Sequence record: MH051917
Length of the DNA: 64,000 nt
Source of the DNA: Enterobacteria phage vB_EcoM_IME341
Strand: one strand, 5' to 3'
Every line of letters begins with the position of its first letter. The stretch's first letter is position 1. Of this stretch, positions 26,870-36,587 are shown piece after piece. The translations under genes and the position numbers were made by a program. The notes under the pieces were generated by a model. That model was not told the origin of the DNA, ran no database searches, and saw only the letters and a program-made list of their open reading frames with translations.

Positions 26870-27070
26870 ATGAATCCTGAATCTAAATTATCACAGCAAA
26901 TTTCTGAAGCCCGTCGTCAGTTCTTTGAAAATATGATAGCCCAAGGTATTGATGACGAAGTTTTTCTGAACTGGTTTTGGAACCACAAATATTCAGCTTG
27001 TTCAGGCGCTTTGTTAATTTCCGCAGCAATGATGTTCGAAGGTTGGAAAGGCGCTAAAGCACAAAAATAG
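26870..27070 (+). CDS. hypothetical protein
   Basis: 66-aa ORF. Confidence 0.45.
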   Translation: MNPESKLSQQISEARRQFFENMIAQGIDDEVFLNWFWNHKYSACSGALLISAAMMFEGWKGAKAQK

Positions 27071-27099
27071 TTTACAAACTCTTGGGACCAGAGTATAAT
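27070..27099 (+). promoter_or_regulatory. early promoter
   Basis: GTTTACA -35 and GAGTATAAT -10 lying in loop of GGGACCA/TGGTCC hairpin. Confidence 0.55.
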
Positions 27100-27138
27100 G
27101 GTCCTACGGATTATAACTTTAAAACTGAGGAAATTATT

Positions 27139-27468
27139 ATGTCACAAGCTATTAAAAACGTACTGAACTCTTTCGCTTTCGATAAAGTAAACGAACTGAT
27201 GAAAACAGGTTTTGTAACTCCTCAGGTTCTTGACCAATGGGTTGCCGAACTGTTACCAATCATGCACTCCAAAGACCAGAAAATTGGTAAGAATGGTATT
27301 CGTGAAATCCTGGTCCAATATATCCTCGATGAATTCGATGTCGCTGCCTTTGGTGTTGAATCTAAAGCTTGGGCCCCTGGTGAAATCTCGGATAAAACTA
27401 TCCGTCGTATGAAAAACCAACGTAAGAAAAAATTCGTTGACCTTAAAATTGTTAAGGCGGCGAAATGA
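27139..27468 (+). CDS. hypothetical protein
   Basis: in-frame ATG 27139 after SD GAGGAAA. Confidence 0.5.
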   Translation: MSQAIKNVLNSFAFDKVNELMKTGFVTPQVLDQWVAELLPIMHSKDQKIGKNGIREILVQYILDEFDVAAFGVESKAWAPGEISDKTIRRMKNQRKKKFVDLKIVKAAK

Positions 27469-27713
27469 GTAATTTGCCTGAAGATGTATCGGTTATAATA
27501 GTTCTTAAAGCTTTAGCCGGTTTCCAACGTACACCCATGATGGATAATATTGAAACTATTATAAAAGCGGTTAAGAGGCTAAGTGTAATCCATCGTGATT
27601 TCAGGATATTTCCTATAAGCTCTGAGACCACTTATATGAAAATGCCTAATCCTAAAACAGCTTGGGATGAAGGCATGACATTAAATGAATTTGAGGATTA
27701 TTTAAATGATTAA
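27465..27713 (+). CDS. hypothetical protein
   Basis: 82-aa ORF. Confidence 0.5.
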   Translation: MSNLPEDVSVIIVLKALAGFQRTPMMDNIETIIKAVKRLSVIHRDFRIFPISSETTYMKMPNPKTAWDEGMTLNEFEDYLND

Positions 27714-27972
27714 AATAAAACTCTCTAATTACGATAAAAACTTGGAAATGATTACTATGAAAGAAGAACTCCTGAATGATGTCCGCTTTACCGGTTATGC
27801 AGTTCAATTTAATGGCGATGGGACTCTTCAAATTGAAGGCGACCACTTTATTATTGAATATGAATTCCACCAGTATTGGTTGTATGCGAAGGACGAAGTT
27901 GGCGGTGTTGATTACGTCGATGAGTTTGATAATCTTGATGACGCACTAGAAGGAGCTCGATTCCTACAATGA
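27706..27972 (+). CDS. hypothetical protein
   Basis: 88-aa ORF. Confidence 0.5.
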   Translation: MIKIKLSNYDKNLEMITMKEELLNDVRFTGYAVQFNGDGTLQIEGDHFIIEYEFHQYWLYAKDEVGGVDYVDEFDNLDDALEGARFLQ

Positions 27973-28232
27973 CCCCTGTATCCACTACCCTCGCCTACGA
28001 AGGACTAGGGATTTTCTTAATAGATAGTTATATGAATGTTGAGTTTATTTGTGGAGAGACTTCTGAAGTGTGGAAGTCTCATATTTCCAAATATAACCAA
28101 TCAGAATATTTGGTCCTTTACCAACAATTCTGTCTTTACATTCAAAGCCAAGGGTTTGAAGGAGCTCCTTCCTTTGAAGAGTTCAAAAAAATCCTTGAAA
28201 CAGTATTTCAGGCTTATTGCTTACTCCGTTGA
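27969..28232 (+). CDS. hypothetical protein
   Basis: 87-aa ORF. Confidence 0.5.
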   Translation: MTPVSTTLAYEGLGIFLIDSYMNVEFICGETSEVWKSHISKYNQSEYLVLYQQFCLYIQSQGFEGAPSFEEFKKILETVFQAYCLLR

Positions 28233-28257
28233 TGCTTTAAACGGGTCTTCAAATACT
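28231..28257 (+). promoter_or_regulatory. MotA-box middle promoter upstream of gene 55
   Basis: TGCTTTA box, 14-nt spacer, TACTAT -10. Confidence 0.5.
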
Positions 28258-28298
28258 ATGATATAATAGACCTATGATTTGAGTTATCTGAGGTAACA

Positions 28299-28856
28299 AT
28301 GACCGAAATTAAACTGACTAAAAATAACTATGTAAATAATAAGGAGCTTCTGAAAGCTATTACCCAATGGAAAACAGAGCTCAGAGAAAATACCGATCCT
28401 AATAAAATAGTTCGTCAGAACGACGTTATCGGCTTGGCTATTATGCTCATTGCTGAAGGACTAAGTAAACGTTTCAACTTCTCAGGATATACCCAATCTT
28501 GGAAGCAAGAAATGATTGCTGATGGAATCGAAGCTTCGATTAAAGGTCTTCACAACTTCGACGAAACAAAATACGACAACCCACATGCATATATCACTAT
28601 GGCTTGTTTTAATGCCTTCGTTCAGCGTATCAAAAAAGAACGTAAAGAAATGGCAAAGAAATATAGCTACTTCGTCCATAACGTCTATGACAGTAATGAT
28701 GACGACATGGTAGGTATTGCAGATGAAACCTTTATCCAAGATATCTACGACAAAATGACTCAGTATGAAACCTCTTTAACTAAAGCACCAGGGTCTGATA
28801 AGAGTGCCGAACCTAAAGTTGGTGAACTGGATTTTTTATATGGAACATCAGATTAA
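28299..28856 (+). CDS. 55: late-transcription sigma factor gp55
   Basis: 185 aa; strong match to T4 gp55; preceded by MotA-box promoter. Confidence 0.9.
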   Translation: MTEIKLTKNNYVNNKELLKAITQWKTELRENTDPNKIVRQNDVIGLAIMLIAEGLSKRFNFSGYTQSWKQEMIADGIEASIKGLHNFDETKYDNPHAYITMACFNAFVQRIKKERKEMAKKYSYFVHNVYDSNDDDMVGIADETFIQDIYDKMTQYETSLTKAPGSDKSAEPKVGELDFLYGTSD

Positions 28857-29070
28857 TATCACTCCACTTTTGGATGGAATGGAAGACTTTGAAGCACTCC
28901 CTTATTTTATTAAATTGATATTACGGGATGTTAAAGGCCTTCCTATTGATATTGACCCACTTAACGTCAGGAATATTGAATTCACTTCTCCTGACAATAA
29001 CGTAGATTATCGTTATCATGTTGAGAACGCTAATTTCTACTTCACTATTGAATTGACTCCAAAGGATTAA
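28840..29070 (+). CDS. hypothetical protein
   Basis: in-frame ATG 28840. Confidence 0.45.
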   Translation: MEHQINITPLLDGMEDFEALPYFIKLILRDVKGLPIDIDPLNVRNIEFTSPDNNVDYRYHVENANFYFTIELTPKD

Positions 29071-29071
29071 T

Positions 29072-29383
29072 ATGCAAAGCCATGACATTTCTCAATTGAC
29101 TGATGAGCAAATTGAAGAAGCCCAGCAACGTTTAGAAGAGCACAATATTAAAGAAGCTAATTCTCAAGCGGCTAAGATTCTTAAGAAGAATGCTCGTGAA
29201 ATCCGTCGTTTAAATCTCCATGCCCAAGGCGCTGTACTTGAAAACAACTTTGAAGCATATAAGTACGCTTTAATTAAATTACGTGGTATTTACCGTCAAC
29301 CTGTTACTGATGAACTTGTTCAATTGATGTGGGAATCTACTCGCAAACAAATTTGGGAAATCGTCAATGGCTCTAGTAAATAA
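29072..29383 (+). CDS. hypothetical protein
   Basis: 103-aa ORF. Confidence 0.5.
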   Translation: MQSHDISQLTDEQIEEAQQRLEEHNIKEANSQAAKILKKNAREIRRLNLHAQGAVLENNFEAYKYALIKLRGIYRQPVTDELVQLMWESTRKQIWEIVNGSSK

Positions 29384-29567
29384 ACCCTTTAAACGGCTTC
29401 TTATTGGAGCCGCCTTTAGACTTCGCTCATACGGTAATATCTGTATTAAGCAGTCCGAAACCGAATATAAAATGATGGGCCAATATTCTGATGGTATTTT
29501 TCAGATTGAGCCCGTAGCCAAGGTTTGGGTAGATTCTCATCAACTTAAGAAGTGGTGGCAGAGATGA
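29367..29567 (+). CDS. hypothetical protein
   Basis: 66-aa ORF. Confidence 0.4.
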   Translation: MALVNKPFKRLLIGAAFRLRSYGNICIKQSETEYKMMGQYSDGIFQIEPVAKVWVDSHQLKKWWQR

Positions 29568-29625
29568 TAACATGGACTGCAGGCTAATGAAAGACGAATA
29601 CGAAAAAGTTTAAGAGGCTGTATGA

Positions 29626-29799
29626 ATGACGAATTCGATGGATTTTGATAAGATTAAATCTGACAAAAATGAGATGTTGCTTCAATTTGAAGCCGCTCGT
29701 ATTAAAGCAGAAAATGAAGGTACTATTACCTATAAGCCTATCAAGTTCAGGTCTAATCACGAACCTCTGTACGGTGTATTAGTTGGTAAAGGAGCTTAG
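29626..29799 (+). CDS. hypothetical small protein
   Basis: 57 aa, SD AAGAGG; stop overlaps terminator hairpin; not in ORF track. Confidence 0.3.
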   Translation: MTNSMDFDKIKSDKNEMLLQFEAARIKAENEGTITYKPIKFRSNHEPLYGVLVGKGA

Positions 29800-29810
29800 G
29801 CTCCTTTTTT
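29791..29810 (+). terminator. intrinsic terminator
   Basis: GGAGC-TTAG-GCTCC hairpin plus T6, overlapping stop codon of small ORF. Confidence 0.6.
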
Positions 29811-29834
29811 GCTTTATGCATATCGGAGTACAAT
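29810..29834 (+). promoter_or_regulatory. MotA-box middle promoter upstream of gene 47
   Basis: TGCTTTA box, 12-nt spacer, TACAAT -10. Confidence 0.5.
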
Positions 29835-29855
29835 AGTCTAAACTGAGGAGAACAT

Positions 29856-29999
29856 ATGGAATTATTTTTAGGATATGTCGTGCTATTAATGGCATTCTAT
29901 ACATTCACACGAGCTTGTTGGATAGGATTCTTTTCCACTCCTGACGGGTTCATTTCAATAATTTTATTTTGCACTGCGATAACGGCGCTTGGCTTATGA
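29856..29999 (+). CDS. micro-ORF, membrane peptide
   Basis: 47 aa, SD GAGGAG, ATGA overlap with gene 47 start; not in ORF track. Confidence 0.35.
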   Translation: MELFLGYVVLLMAFYTFTRACWIGFFSTPDGFISIILFCTAITALGL

Positions 30000-31018
30000 A
30001 AATACTAAACACAGGTGACTGGCACCTTGGAGTTAAGAACGATGATGTGTGGGTACAGAATATCCAACGTCAAGGTATCCAAGACGCTATTGATTATTCT
30101 AAAGCAAATGGTATTACTGTCTGGATTCAGTACGGTGATATCTTTGACGTTCGTAAAGCAATTACCCACAAGTGCATGGAATTCGCTCGCGAAATTTCCG
30201 ATTTGCTTAAAGCCAACGGCATTACCATGTATACTATCGTTGGCAACCATGATATGCACTACAAAAATACCTTGACTCCGAACGCAGCTTCAGAAGTTCT
30301 GGGTAAATATGACCATATCAAGGTTATTGAGAAACCTACTACGGTTAACTTTGATGGCACCGAAATTGATTTGATTCCATGGATGTGTGAAGAAAACACG
30401 ACCGATATCATGGACCATATCAAAAATACCACAGCAGATTTCTGTATAGGTCACTGGGAATTAAATGGTTTCTATTTCTATAAAGGAATGAAATCTCATG
30501 GTTTAGAACCTGATTTCCTTAAGAAGTATAAGCAAGTTTGGTCAGGCCATTTCCACACTATTTCTGATGCAGCAAACGTTAAGTATATTGGTACGCCATG
30601 GACCCTGACTGCTGGAGATGAGAACGACCCTCGCGGCTTTTGGATTTTCGATACAGAAACCCATAAGATGGATTTCATCATTAATGAAACCTGTTGGCAC
30701 CGTAAGATTCATTATCCAAATGCGACTATCGATTACAAAGATTTTACAAATATCGCAGTTCGTGTTATAGTCGATAAAATTGATGACGGTCTTACTAAGT
30801 TCGAATCAGAGCTTGAAAAGGTTGTCCATTCTTTACGTATCGTGTCTAAGGTAGATAACAGTGTTGATATCGATGATTCTGAAGAGGAAGATGAAGTTAA
30901 GTCCCTCTTGGATATGATGTATGATTATATCGATGCCCTTCCTGATGGCCACACTGAAGACGATGTTAAAGCCCTTAAGACTATGGCTGCACAACTTTAT
31001 AATGAGGTTACACGATGA
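29996..31018 (+). CDS. 47: recombination endonuclease subunit gp47 (Mre11-like)
   Basis: MKILNTGDWHLG and GNHDM phosphoesterase motifs; matches T4 gp47. Confidence 0.9.
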   Translation: MKILNTGDWHLGVKNDDVWVQNIQRQGIQDAIDYSKANGITVWIQYGDIFDVRKAITHKCMEFAREISDLLKANGITMYTIVGNHDMHYKNTLTPNAASEVLGKYDHIKVIEKPTTVNFDGTEIDLIPWMCEENTTDIMDHIKNTTADFCIGHWELNGFYFYKGMKSHGLEPDFLKKYKQVWSGHFHTISDAANVKYIGTPWTLTAGDENDPRGFWIFDTETHKMDFIINETCWHRKIHYPNATIDYKDFTNIAVRVIVDKIDDGLTKFESELEKVVHSLRIVSKVDNSVDIDDSEEEDEVKSLLDMMYDYIDALPDGHTEDDVKALKTMAAQLYNEVTR

Positions 31019-31278
31019 CTTTAGATGAATTCAAAAAATCAGGCCTTGAACTAGAACACGACTGTATCGTTATTGATGACGATAACCAAACGAGCATCAT
31101 TAAGTTCTGGTTTGAAGCCGTGAGCACTCGTGATACCAACGAGCTTATTAAAGTTTATGTTGCTACTGATTGGGCTGTGGAATTTAGCTTTAATGTAATG
31201 GTAGATGATACTCCAGAAACATTAATTCATATGGCTGAATCATGCATCAAGGATGCTTATAACGATGAAGACTTTTAA
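31015..31278 (+). CDS. hypothetical protein
   Basis: 87-aa ORF between 47 and 46. Confidence 0.45.
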   Translation: MTLDEFKKSGLELEHDCIVIDDDNQTSIIKFWFEAVSTRDTNELIKVYVATDWAVEFSFNVMVDDTPETLIHMAESCIKDAYNDEDF

Positions 31279-32947
31279 GTTAAAGAAAGTAACGTATAAA
31301 AATATTATGTCGGTAGGCCAGCAACCTATTACAATCCAACTTGACAAGGTCCAAAAGACCTTAGTCACCGGTAAAAATGGCGCTGGTAAATCTACGTTCC
31401 TTGAAGCCGTTACATTTGCTCTGTTCGGTAAGCCTTTTCGTGATGTTAAGAAAGGGCAGTTGATTAACTCAAGTAATAAGAAAGACCTTTTGGTCGAACT
31501 GTGGATGGAATATGATGGCAAAGAATACTATATCAAGCGCGGGCAAAAACCCAATATTTTTGAAATCTCTTGTGGCGGTGAACGTCTTGATGAATCTGCC
31601 AGCAGTAAAGACTTCCAAGCAGAATTTGAACAGCTTATCGGAATGTCATATGCCAGTTTCAAACAGATTGTCGTACTTGGTACAGCAGGGTATACCCCTT
31701 TCATGGGTTTGTCGACCCCTGCGCGCCGAAAGCTTGTGGAAGACCTCTTAGAGGTTTCTGTATTGGCGGATATGGACAAGTTGAACAAATCTTTGATTCG
31801 TGAGACTAATAGCCAAATCCAGGTAATCGACGTTAAACAGGATTCTATTACCCAGCAAATTAAAATTTATAATGACAACGAAGAACGTCAGCGTAAATTA
31901 TCCGGCGAGAATGCAGCACGTCTACAAACAATGTACGATGAGCTCGTGAAGGAAGCCAGGACTGCGAAGGGCAATATAGAAAAACTGACTGATGAATTAC
32001 TCAATGTCATCGTCGATGATGACCCTAGCAACTCTATGAGTGACCTGAGCAATAAAGGATTTGCAATCAAGAATGATATGGCAACCTTTACTAAGGTTGT
32101 GAAATTATACGAAACCGGTGGTAGTTGTCCTACATGTATGCAAGGATTGGAAGAGCATGGAAATATCCTTACTAAAATTAAGGATAAGAACTTTGAGCTT
32201 CAAAAATCTTTGGATAAGATTAATGAGCAGTACCAAGAACTCAAGCTCATTAAGGACCAAGTAACCGAACAACGTAATAAAGCACTGGCTATTAAATCTC
32301 AGATAGCTACTCATAAGCAACAAGCCATTACTGCTGTAGAGAAAGCTAAAAAGGTTAAAGTATTAATTGACCAAGCTGCGGCAGAGTTCGTAAGTAATGC
32401 CGAAGAGATTGCCACGCTTCAAGCAGAGCTTGATAAAATCGTCTCTACCAAATCGTCCTTAGTAATGGAAAAATATCATCGTGGAATTCTGACAGAAATG
32501 TTGAAGGATACCGGTATTAAAGGTTCCATTATTAAGAAATACATTCCTATCTTTAATAAGCAGATAAATTCTTATTTGAAGATTATGGAAGCCGACTACG
32601 TCTTTACACTGGACGAAGAGTTCAATGAGACGATTAAATCACGTGGACGTGAAGACTTTAGCTATGCTTCATTTTCACAGGGTGAGAAAGCACGTATTGA
32701 TATCGCACTACTTTTTACATGGCGCGATATTGCTTCTAAGGTATCAGGTGTTAATATCAGCACGTTAATTCTTGATGAGGTATTTGACAGTGCTACTGAC
32801 GCTGAAGGCGTTAAGACCATTGCAACCATCTTGAATAGCCTTGAGGATACGAACGTGTTCATTATCTCTCACCGAGACCATGACCCACAAGCTTATGGCC
32901 AACATCTTCAAATGAAGAAAGTTGGACGATTTACGGTGATGGAATGA
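31265..32947 (+). CDS. 46: recombination endonuclease subunit gp46 (Rad50/SbcC-like)
   Basis: Walker A GKNGAGKST, coiled coil, C-terminal LILDEVFD; near-identical stretches to T4 gp46. Confidence 0.95.
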   Translation: MKTFKLKKVTYKNIMSVGQQPITIQLDKVQKTLVTGKNGAGKSTFLEAVTFALFGKPFRDVKKGQLINSSNKKDLLVELWMEYDGKEYYIKRGQKPNIFEISCGGERLDESASSKDFQAEFEQLIGMSYASFKQIVVLGTAGYTPFMGLSTPARRKLVEDLLEVSVLADMDKLNKSLIRETNSQIQVIDVKQDSITQQIKIYNDNEERQRKLSGENAARLQTMYDELVKEARTAKGNIEKLTDELLNVIVDDDPSNSMSDLSNKGFAIKNDMATFTKVVKLYETGGSCPTCMQGLEEHGNILTKIKDKNFELQKSLDKINEQYQELKLIKDQVTEQRNKALAIKSQIATHKQQAITAVEKAKKVKVLIDQAAAEFVSNAEEIATLQAELDKIVSTKSSLVMEKYHRGILTEMLKDTGIKGSIIKKYIPIFNKQINSYLKIMEADYVFTLDEEFNETIKSRGREDFSYASFSQGEKARIDIALLFTWRDIASKVSGVNISTLILDEVFDSATDAEGVKTIATILNSLEDTNVFIISHRDHDPQAYGQHLQMKKVGRFTVME

Positions 32948-33135
32948 GTGATTTTATAACAGGCCAGCATTTGTTGGCCGTTCCTGAACTAAAGCGATAC
33001 GTTTTAGTTAACAACTTCTCTGGTGACGAACACCTTGTTACTGAAGATTATCTCCGAAATGCTTTTAAGTCAGAGTATGATAGAATCATGTCGAACAGGA
33101 ACCCTGCCTGGTTCGTTTATGAATACTTTGATTAA
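32944..33135 (+). CDS. hypothetical protein
   Basis: 63-aa ORF. Confidence 0.45.
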   Translation: MSDFITGQHLLAVPELKRYVLVNNFSGDEHLVTEDYLRNAFKSEYDRIMSNRNPAWFVYEYFD

Positions 33136-33141
33136 ATTAAG

Positions 33142-33165
33142 TGCTTTAAAATATTGATTTATAAT
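33142..33165 (+). promoter_or_regulatory. MotA-box middle promoter upstream of rpbA/45
   Basis: TGCTTTA box, 11-nt spacer, TATAAT -10. Confidence 0.5.
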
Positions 33166-33195
33166 ACATCTACCAACCAAATGAGAGAAAATATT

Positions 33196-33609
33196 ATGTT
33201 TGCTAACGCTATTACTGTTAAAGATATCCAAGTTAAAACCATTCGTACTGACTCTAACCCACACAATCAAAACCGTATTCGTAAATCATGGGTACTGAAT
33301 ATTGATACCAACTCTGCACGTCGTCTGCAGTCTCTTCCACAAGAAACTAAGTTCATGCTCTATGGTATCATTGATAACGACGTATCCGATAAGTGGGTAG
33401 AAATTATGCGTCGTCATTATAATGATTCTCTGGCCGCAGGTGCTAAACTGGTTATCGACCGTGATGGTTCTGAACGTCTCGAAGATGATTATTGCGTAGA
33501 TTTTGACGAACAACTGCTTGAAGCCGGTGCTATTGTTGCTTCCCAGATTCCAGAGTATATTGAATCTCTGCCTGAATCCATTCGTAAACAAATGATCGTT
33601 ATTGCTTAA
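33196..33609 (+). CDS. rpbA: RNA polymerase-binding protein RpbA
   Basis: position upstream of gene 45; in-frame ATG 33196 after SD. Confidence 0.75.
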   Translation: MFANAITVKDIQVKTIRTDSNPHNQNRIRKSWVLNIDTNSARRLQSLPQETKFMLYGIIDNDVSDKWVEIMRRHYNDSLAAGAKLVIDRDGSERLEDDYCVDFDEQLLEAGAIVASQIPEYIESLPESIRKQMIVIA

Positions 33610-33637
33610 TTAATTTTTGACTTGATAAGGAAACATT

Positions 33638-34336
33638 ATGAAATTCTCTAAAGAAACTCTGAACATTCTGAAAAACTTCTCCGGTATTAACCCAGGTATC
33701 ATGCTTAAACCTGGTAACACTATTCTAACTCGTTCAGTAACGGGTGCCAGTTATGGTGAAGCTACTGTAAATGACACCTTTGATATCGAAGCCGCAATTT
33801 ATGATTTGAATGGCTTCTTAAGTATTCTGTCATTGGTATCCGATAGTGCTGAAGTTTCGGTAAGTGAAGACCAAACCACCTTAATTATTAAAGACCAACG
33901 TTCAACTATTAAGTGGCCTATTGCCGACCCAAGTACAATTGCATTCCCAAGCAAAGCTATTCCGTTCCCGGTGGCTGAAGTTATTTTTGACCTTAAAGCC
34001 GAAGATTACCAACAGTTGATGCGTGTGTCCTCTGGACTGAGTATTGATACATTTGCTATCACTGTAGACAATGGTAAAATTGTAATCAACGGTTACAAAC
34101 AAGTTGATGATAAGGACCTGGCACGTCCATTGTATTCCTTAGTGGTTGCGGACCATGATGGCCCTGAATTCAAATTCATTATTAACAAAACTAATATGAA
34201 AATGATGCCGGCTGATTACCATGTATTGCTATGGGCTCGTGGTGAAGGTCAAGACGCTCGTTTCGCAGCCAAGTTTGAAGGTTCACAAGCTTCTTACGTA
34301 TTAGCTATGGAAGCAGGCTCAAGCCACTCGTTCTAA
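33638..34336 (+). CDS. 45: sliding clamp gp45
   Basis: 232 aa; strong match to T4 gp45 throughout. Confidence 0.95.
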   Translation: MKFSKETLNILKNFSGINPGIMLKPGNTILTRSVTGASYGEATVNDTFDIEAAIYDLNGFLSILSLVSDSAEVSVSEDQTTLIIKDQRSTIKWPIADPSTIAFPSKAIPFPVAEVIFDLKAEDYQQLMRVSSGLSIDTFAITVDNGKIVINGYKQVDDKDLARPLYSLVVADHDGPEFKFIINKTNMKMMPADYHVLLWARGEGQDARFAAKFEGSQASYVLAMEAGSSHSF

Positions 34337-34397
34337 AGCATGGGGAGGAGATTCCTCCCTTGGAGTATAATGTAAAAACAAACCTGAGGAAATTAAT

Positions 34398-35357
34398 ATG
34401 CTTACAGTAAATAATAATGAATTCATGTGGGAACAGAAATATCGTCCGGGTACTTTATCTGAATGTATTCTGCCTGCACATGATAAAGAAACTCTCCAAG
34501 CCATTGTTAATAAGGGCCTAATCCCTAACATTATCCTAGTCTCTGCTTCACCAGGCACAGGCAAAACTACCGTAGCTAAAGCATTGTGTGCTGATACAAA
34601 TTCAGATATGCTGTTTGTTAACGGTTCTGACTGTCGTATTGATTTCGTTCGTAATGAACTTACTCGTTTTGCATCTTCCAAATCTATCGAAGGTAAGCGT
34701 AAGGTAATTGTTATCGACGAATTCGACCGTGCTGGTGTTGCTGAAGCTCAACGTCACCTTCGTTCGTTCTTAGAAGCCTATTCCTCAAACTGTTCTGTAA
34801 TTATTACAGCAAACAATATTGATGGTATTATTGGCCCACTTCAATCCCGTTGTCGCGTTATTAAATTTGGTGAAGCCACTCCGGCTGACCAAACATCCAT
34901 GATGAAAGAAATGATTCATCGTGCTGTAGCAATCTGTAAAAACGAAAATATCGAAGTCGAAGACCTTAAAGTTATTGCTGCTTTAGTTAAGCAAAACTTT
35001 CCTGACTTCCGAAAAACAGTTAACCAACTAGACCGTTACTCATCCAGTGGTAAAATCGATACAGGCATTTTGAGTATTGTAATGAATACCAATTCGCCTA
35101 TAGATGAAGTAGTGGCTGCACTGAAAGATAAAAACTTTAAAGAACTCCGTGCATTAGCTCCACGCCACGTCAATGACTATTCCAACTTTATTATGACACT
35201 GGCTAACGAACTCTATGGTAAATTGCCTGGGCCAAGCATTGTTAGAATGTACGAAATTGTCGGTGAAAATAACCAATACCACGGTATTGCGGCTAACCCA
35301 GAAATTCACATGACTTATCTGTTCATCCAACTTGCTCTGGAGCTCCAATGGCTATAA
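34398..35357 (+). CDS. 44: clamp loader large subunit gp44
   Basis: Walker A SPGTGKTT, VIDEFDR; matches T4 gp44. Confidence 0.95.
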   Translation: MLTVNNNEFMWEQKYRPGTLSECILPAHDKETLQAIVNKGLIPNIILVSASPGTGKTTVAKALCADTNSDMLFVNGSDCRIDFVRNELTRFASSKSIEGKRKVIVIDEFDRAGVAEAQRHLRSFLEAYSSNCSVIITANNIDGIIGPLQSRCRVIKFGEATPADQTSMMKEMIHRAVAICKNENIEVEDLKVIAALVKQNFPDFRKTVNQLDRYSSSGKIDTGILSIVMNTNSPIDEVVAALKDKNFKELRALAPRHVNDYSNFIMTLANELYGKLPGPSIVRMYEIVGENNQYHGIAANPEIHMTYLFIQLALELQWL

Positions 35358-35920
35358 GTCTTTTTGATGATGACGTTGAACTGAACGAACATGAAGTTGC
35401 TTGGAAACAACGTAACGATGCTGCTATTCAAGCCTTGGCCGATTCATTTAAAGAAAAGGCTGAAAACGAACTGTTCGCTATTATGAACGATATCACATAT
35501 GGTAAGAACCAACGTAACCTAGCTCAATCGGAAAACTATAATCAATTTTGGCTCGATAATAGTTTGAGCCAACATGTGGATTGCATTATGCAAGCTGCAA
35601 TGGTTAACTGTTTGAAACTTGATGACCAAAGTCATTTTAACTATCTTTTACACGCCGTTCCTAAGGGTAAGAGATTTGGTAAATGGGCTAAGGCCCATGA
35701 TGATGAAGTTAGTGTAGTTTTTATTACTCGTTTATTGATGAAATACCATTCAATTAATAATGATGACGCTTATCGTTATCTCGAGACTTATAAAATTAAA
35801 GGCCATCTTCCGGCAGTGCTTAAGAAGATGAAAGGGTTGGTTACGGACGAATTCCTGAAATCCGTAACTAAAAATGTTAAAGAACAAAAAGACTTGAAAA
35901 AGAAAGCATTGGAATGGTAA
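35348..35920 (+). CDS. 62: clamp loader small subunit gp62
   Basis: 190 aa, overlaps gp44 stop; T4 gene order 44-62-regA. Confidence 0.85.
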   Translation: MAISLFDDDVELNEHEVAWKQRNDAAIQALADSFKEKAENELFAIMNDITYGKNQRNLAQSENYNQFWLDNSLSQHVDCIMQAAMVNCLKLDDQSHFNYLLHAVPKGKRFGKWAKAHDDEVSVVFITRLLMKYHSINNDDAYRYLETYKIKGHLPAVLKKMKGLVTDEFLKSVTKNVKEQKDLKKKALEW

Positions 35921-35926
35921 ATTAAA

Positions 35927-36289
35927 ATGATTGAAATTACTCTGAAACAACCTGAAGACTTCTTGAAAGTGAAAGAGACCCTAACTCGTATGGGTATTGC
36001 TAATAATAAAGAAAAGAAACTATATCAATCCTGCCACATTCTGCAAAAGCAAGGGCTATATTATATCGTCCACTTTAAAGAGATGTTGCGTATGGATGGC
36101 CGCCAAGTTGATATTGATGGTGAAGACTACCAACGTCGGGATTCTATTGCCCAGCTTCTTAAGGAGTGGGGACTGATTGATATTGTAGATGAATCTGAAC
36201 TGTTTGAAATCACCAATAACTTCCGTGTCATTTCCTTTAAGCAGAAAAATGACTGGGAACTATTGTCCAAATACACAATCGGTAATTAA
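35927..36289 (+). CDS. regA: translational repressor RegA
   Basis: MIEITLKQPEDFLKVKETLTRMGIANNK... nearly identical to T4 RegA. Confidence 0.95.
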   Translation: MIEITLKQPEDFLKVKETLTRMGIANNKEKKLYQSCHILQKQGLYYIVHFKEMLRMDGRQVDIDGEDYQRRDSIAQLLKEWGLIDIVDESELFEITNNFRVISFKQKNDWELLSKYTIGN

Positions 36290-36290
36290 T

Positions 36291-36506
36291 ATGATTCATG
36301 AAATTGAAACGTGTGAACGACTTAAAGAGGTGTACGGGCTTTCCACAACTCAAACTGTTTTTGACCTTTCCGAAGAGCTCCAAATAGAATTTCAAAAGGA
36401 CCTCCAAAAGTTACTACATCCTGGCCAGCAAGTCTTCCAGGCTATGATTAAAACTAAAGACGAAGATGGTAATTCAACTATTAAACGTCAGACAATAGAA
36501 ATTTAA
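36291..36506 (+). CDS. hypothetical protein
   Basis: 71 aa, ATG directly after regA stop. Confidence 0.5.
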   Translation: MIHEIETCERLKEVYGLSTTQTVFDLSEELQIEFQKDLQKLLHPGQQVFQAMIKTKDEDGNSTIKRQTIEI

Positions 36507-36510
36507 GCAA

Positions 36511-36529
36511 AGGGACTTCGGTCCCTTTT
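36511..36529 (+). terminator. hairpin/terminator upstream of gene 43
   Basis: GGGAC-TTCG-GTCCC hairpin plus T4. Confidence 0.5.
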
Positions 36530-36587
36530 GGAGTATAATGATTCATCAACAAACAAAAGACAATCACTCGTCTATAAAGGAAATGAA

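Noticed and set aside
34342-34358. GGGAGGA-GAT-TCCTCCC hairpin after gene 45 as an intrinsic terminator
   Set aside because: No downstream T-run; more likely an RNA structure or protein-binding site in the 45-44 intergenic leader than a terminator.
36528-36587. TTG-initiated 5' extension of DNA polymerase gene 43
   Set aside because: T4 gp43 aligns from the Met at 36588 (MQEFYLTVEQIG...); the extension would start inside the upstream hairpin/terminator.
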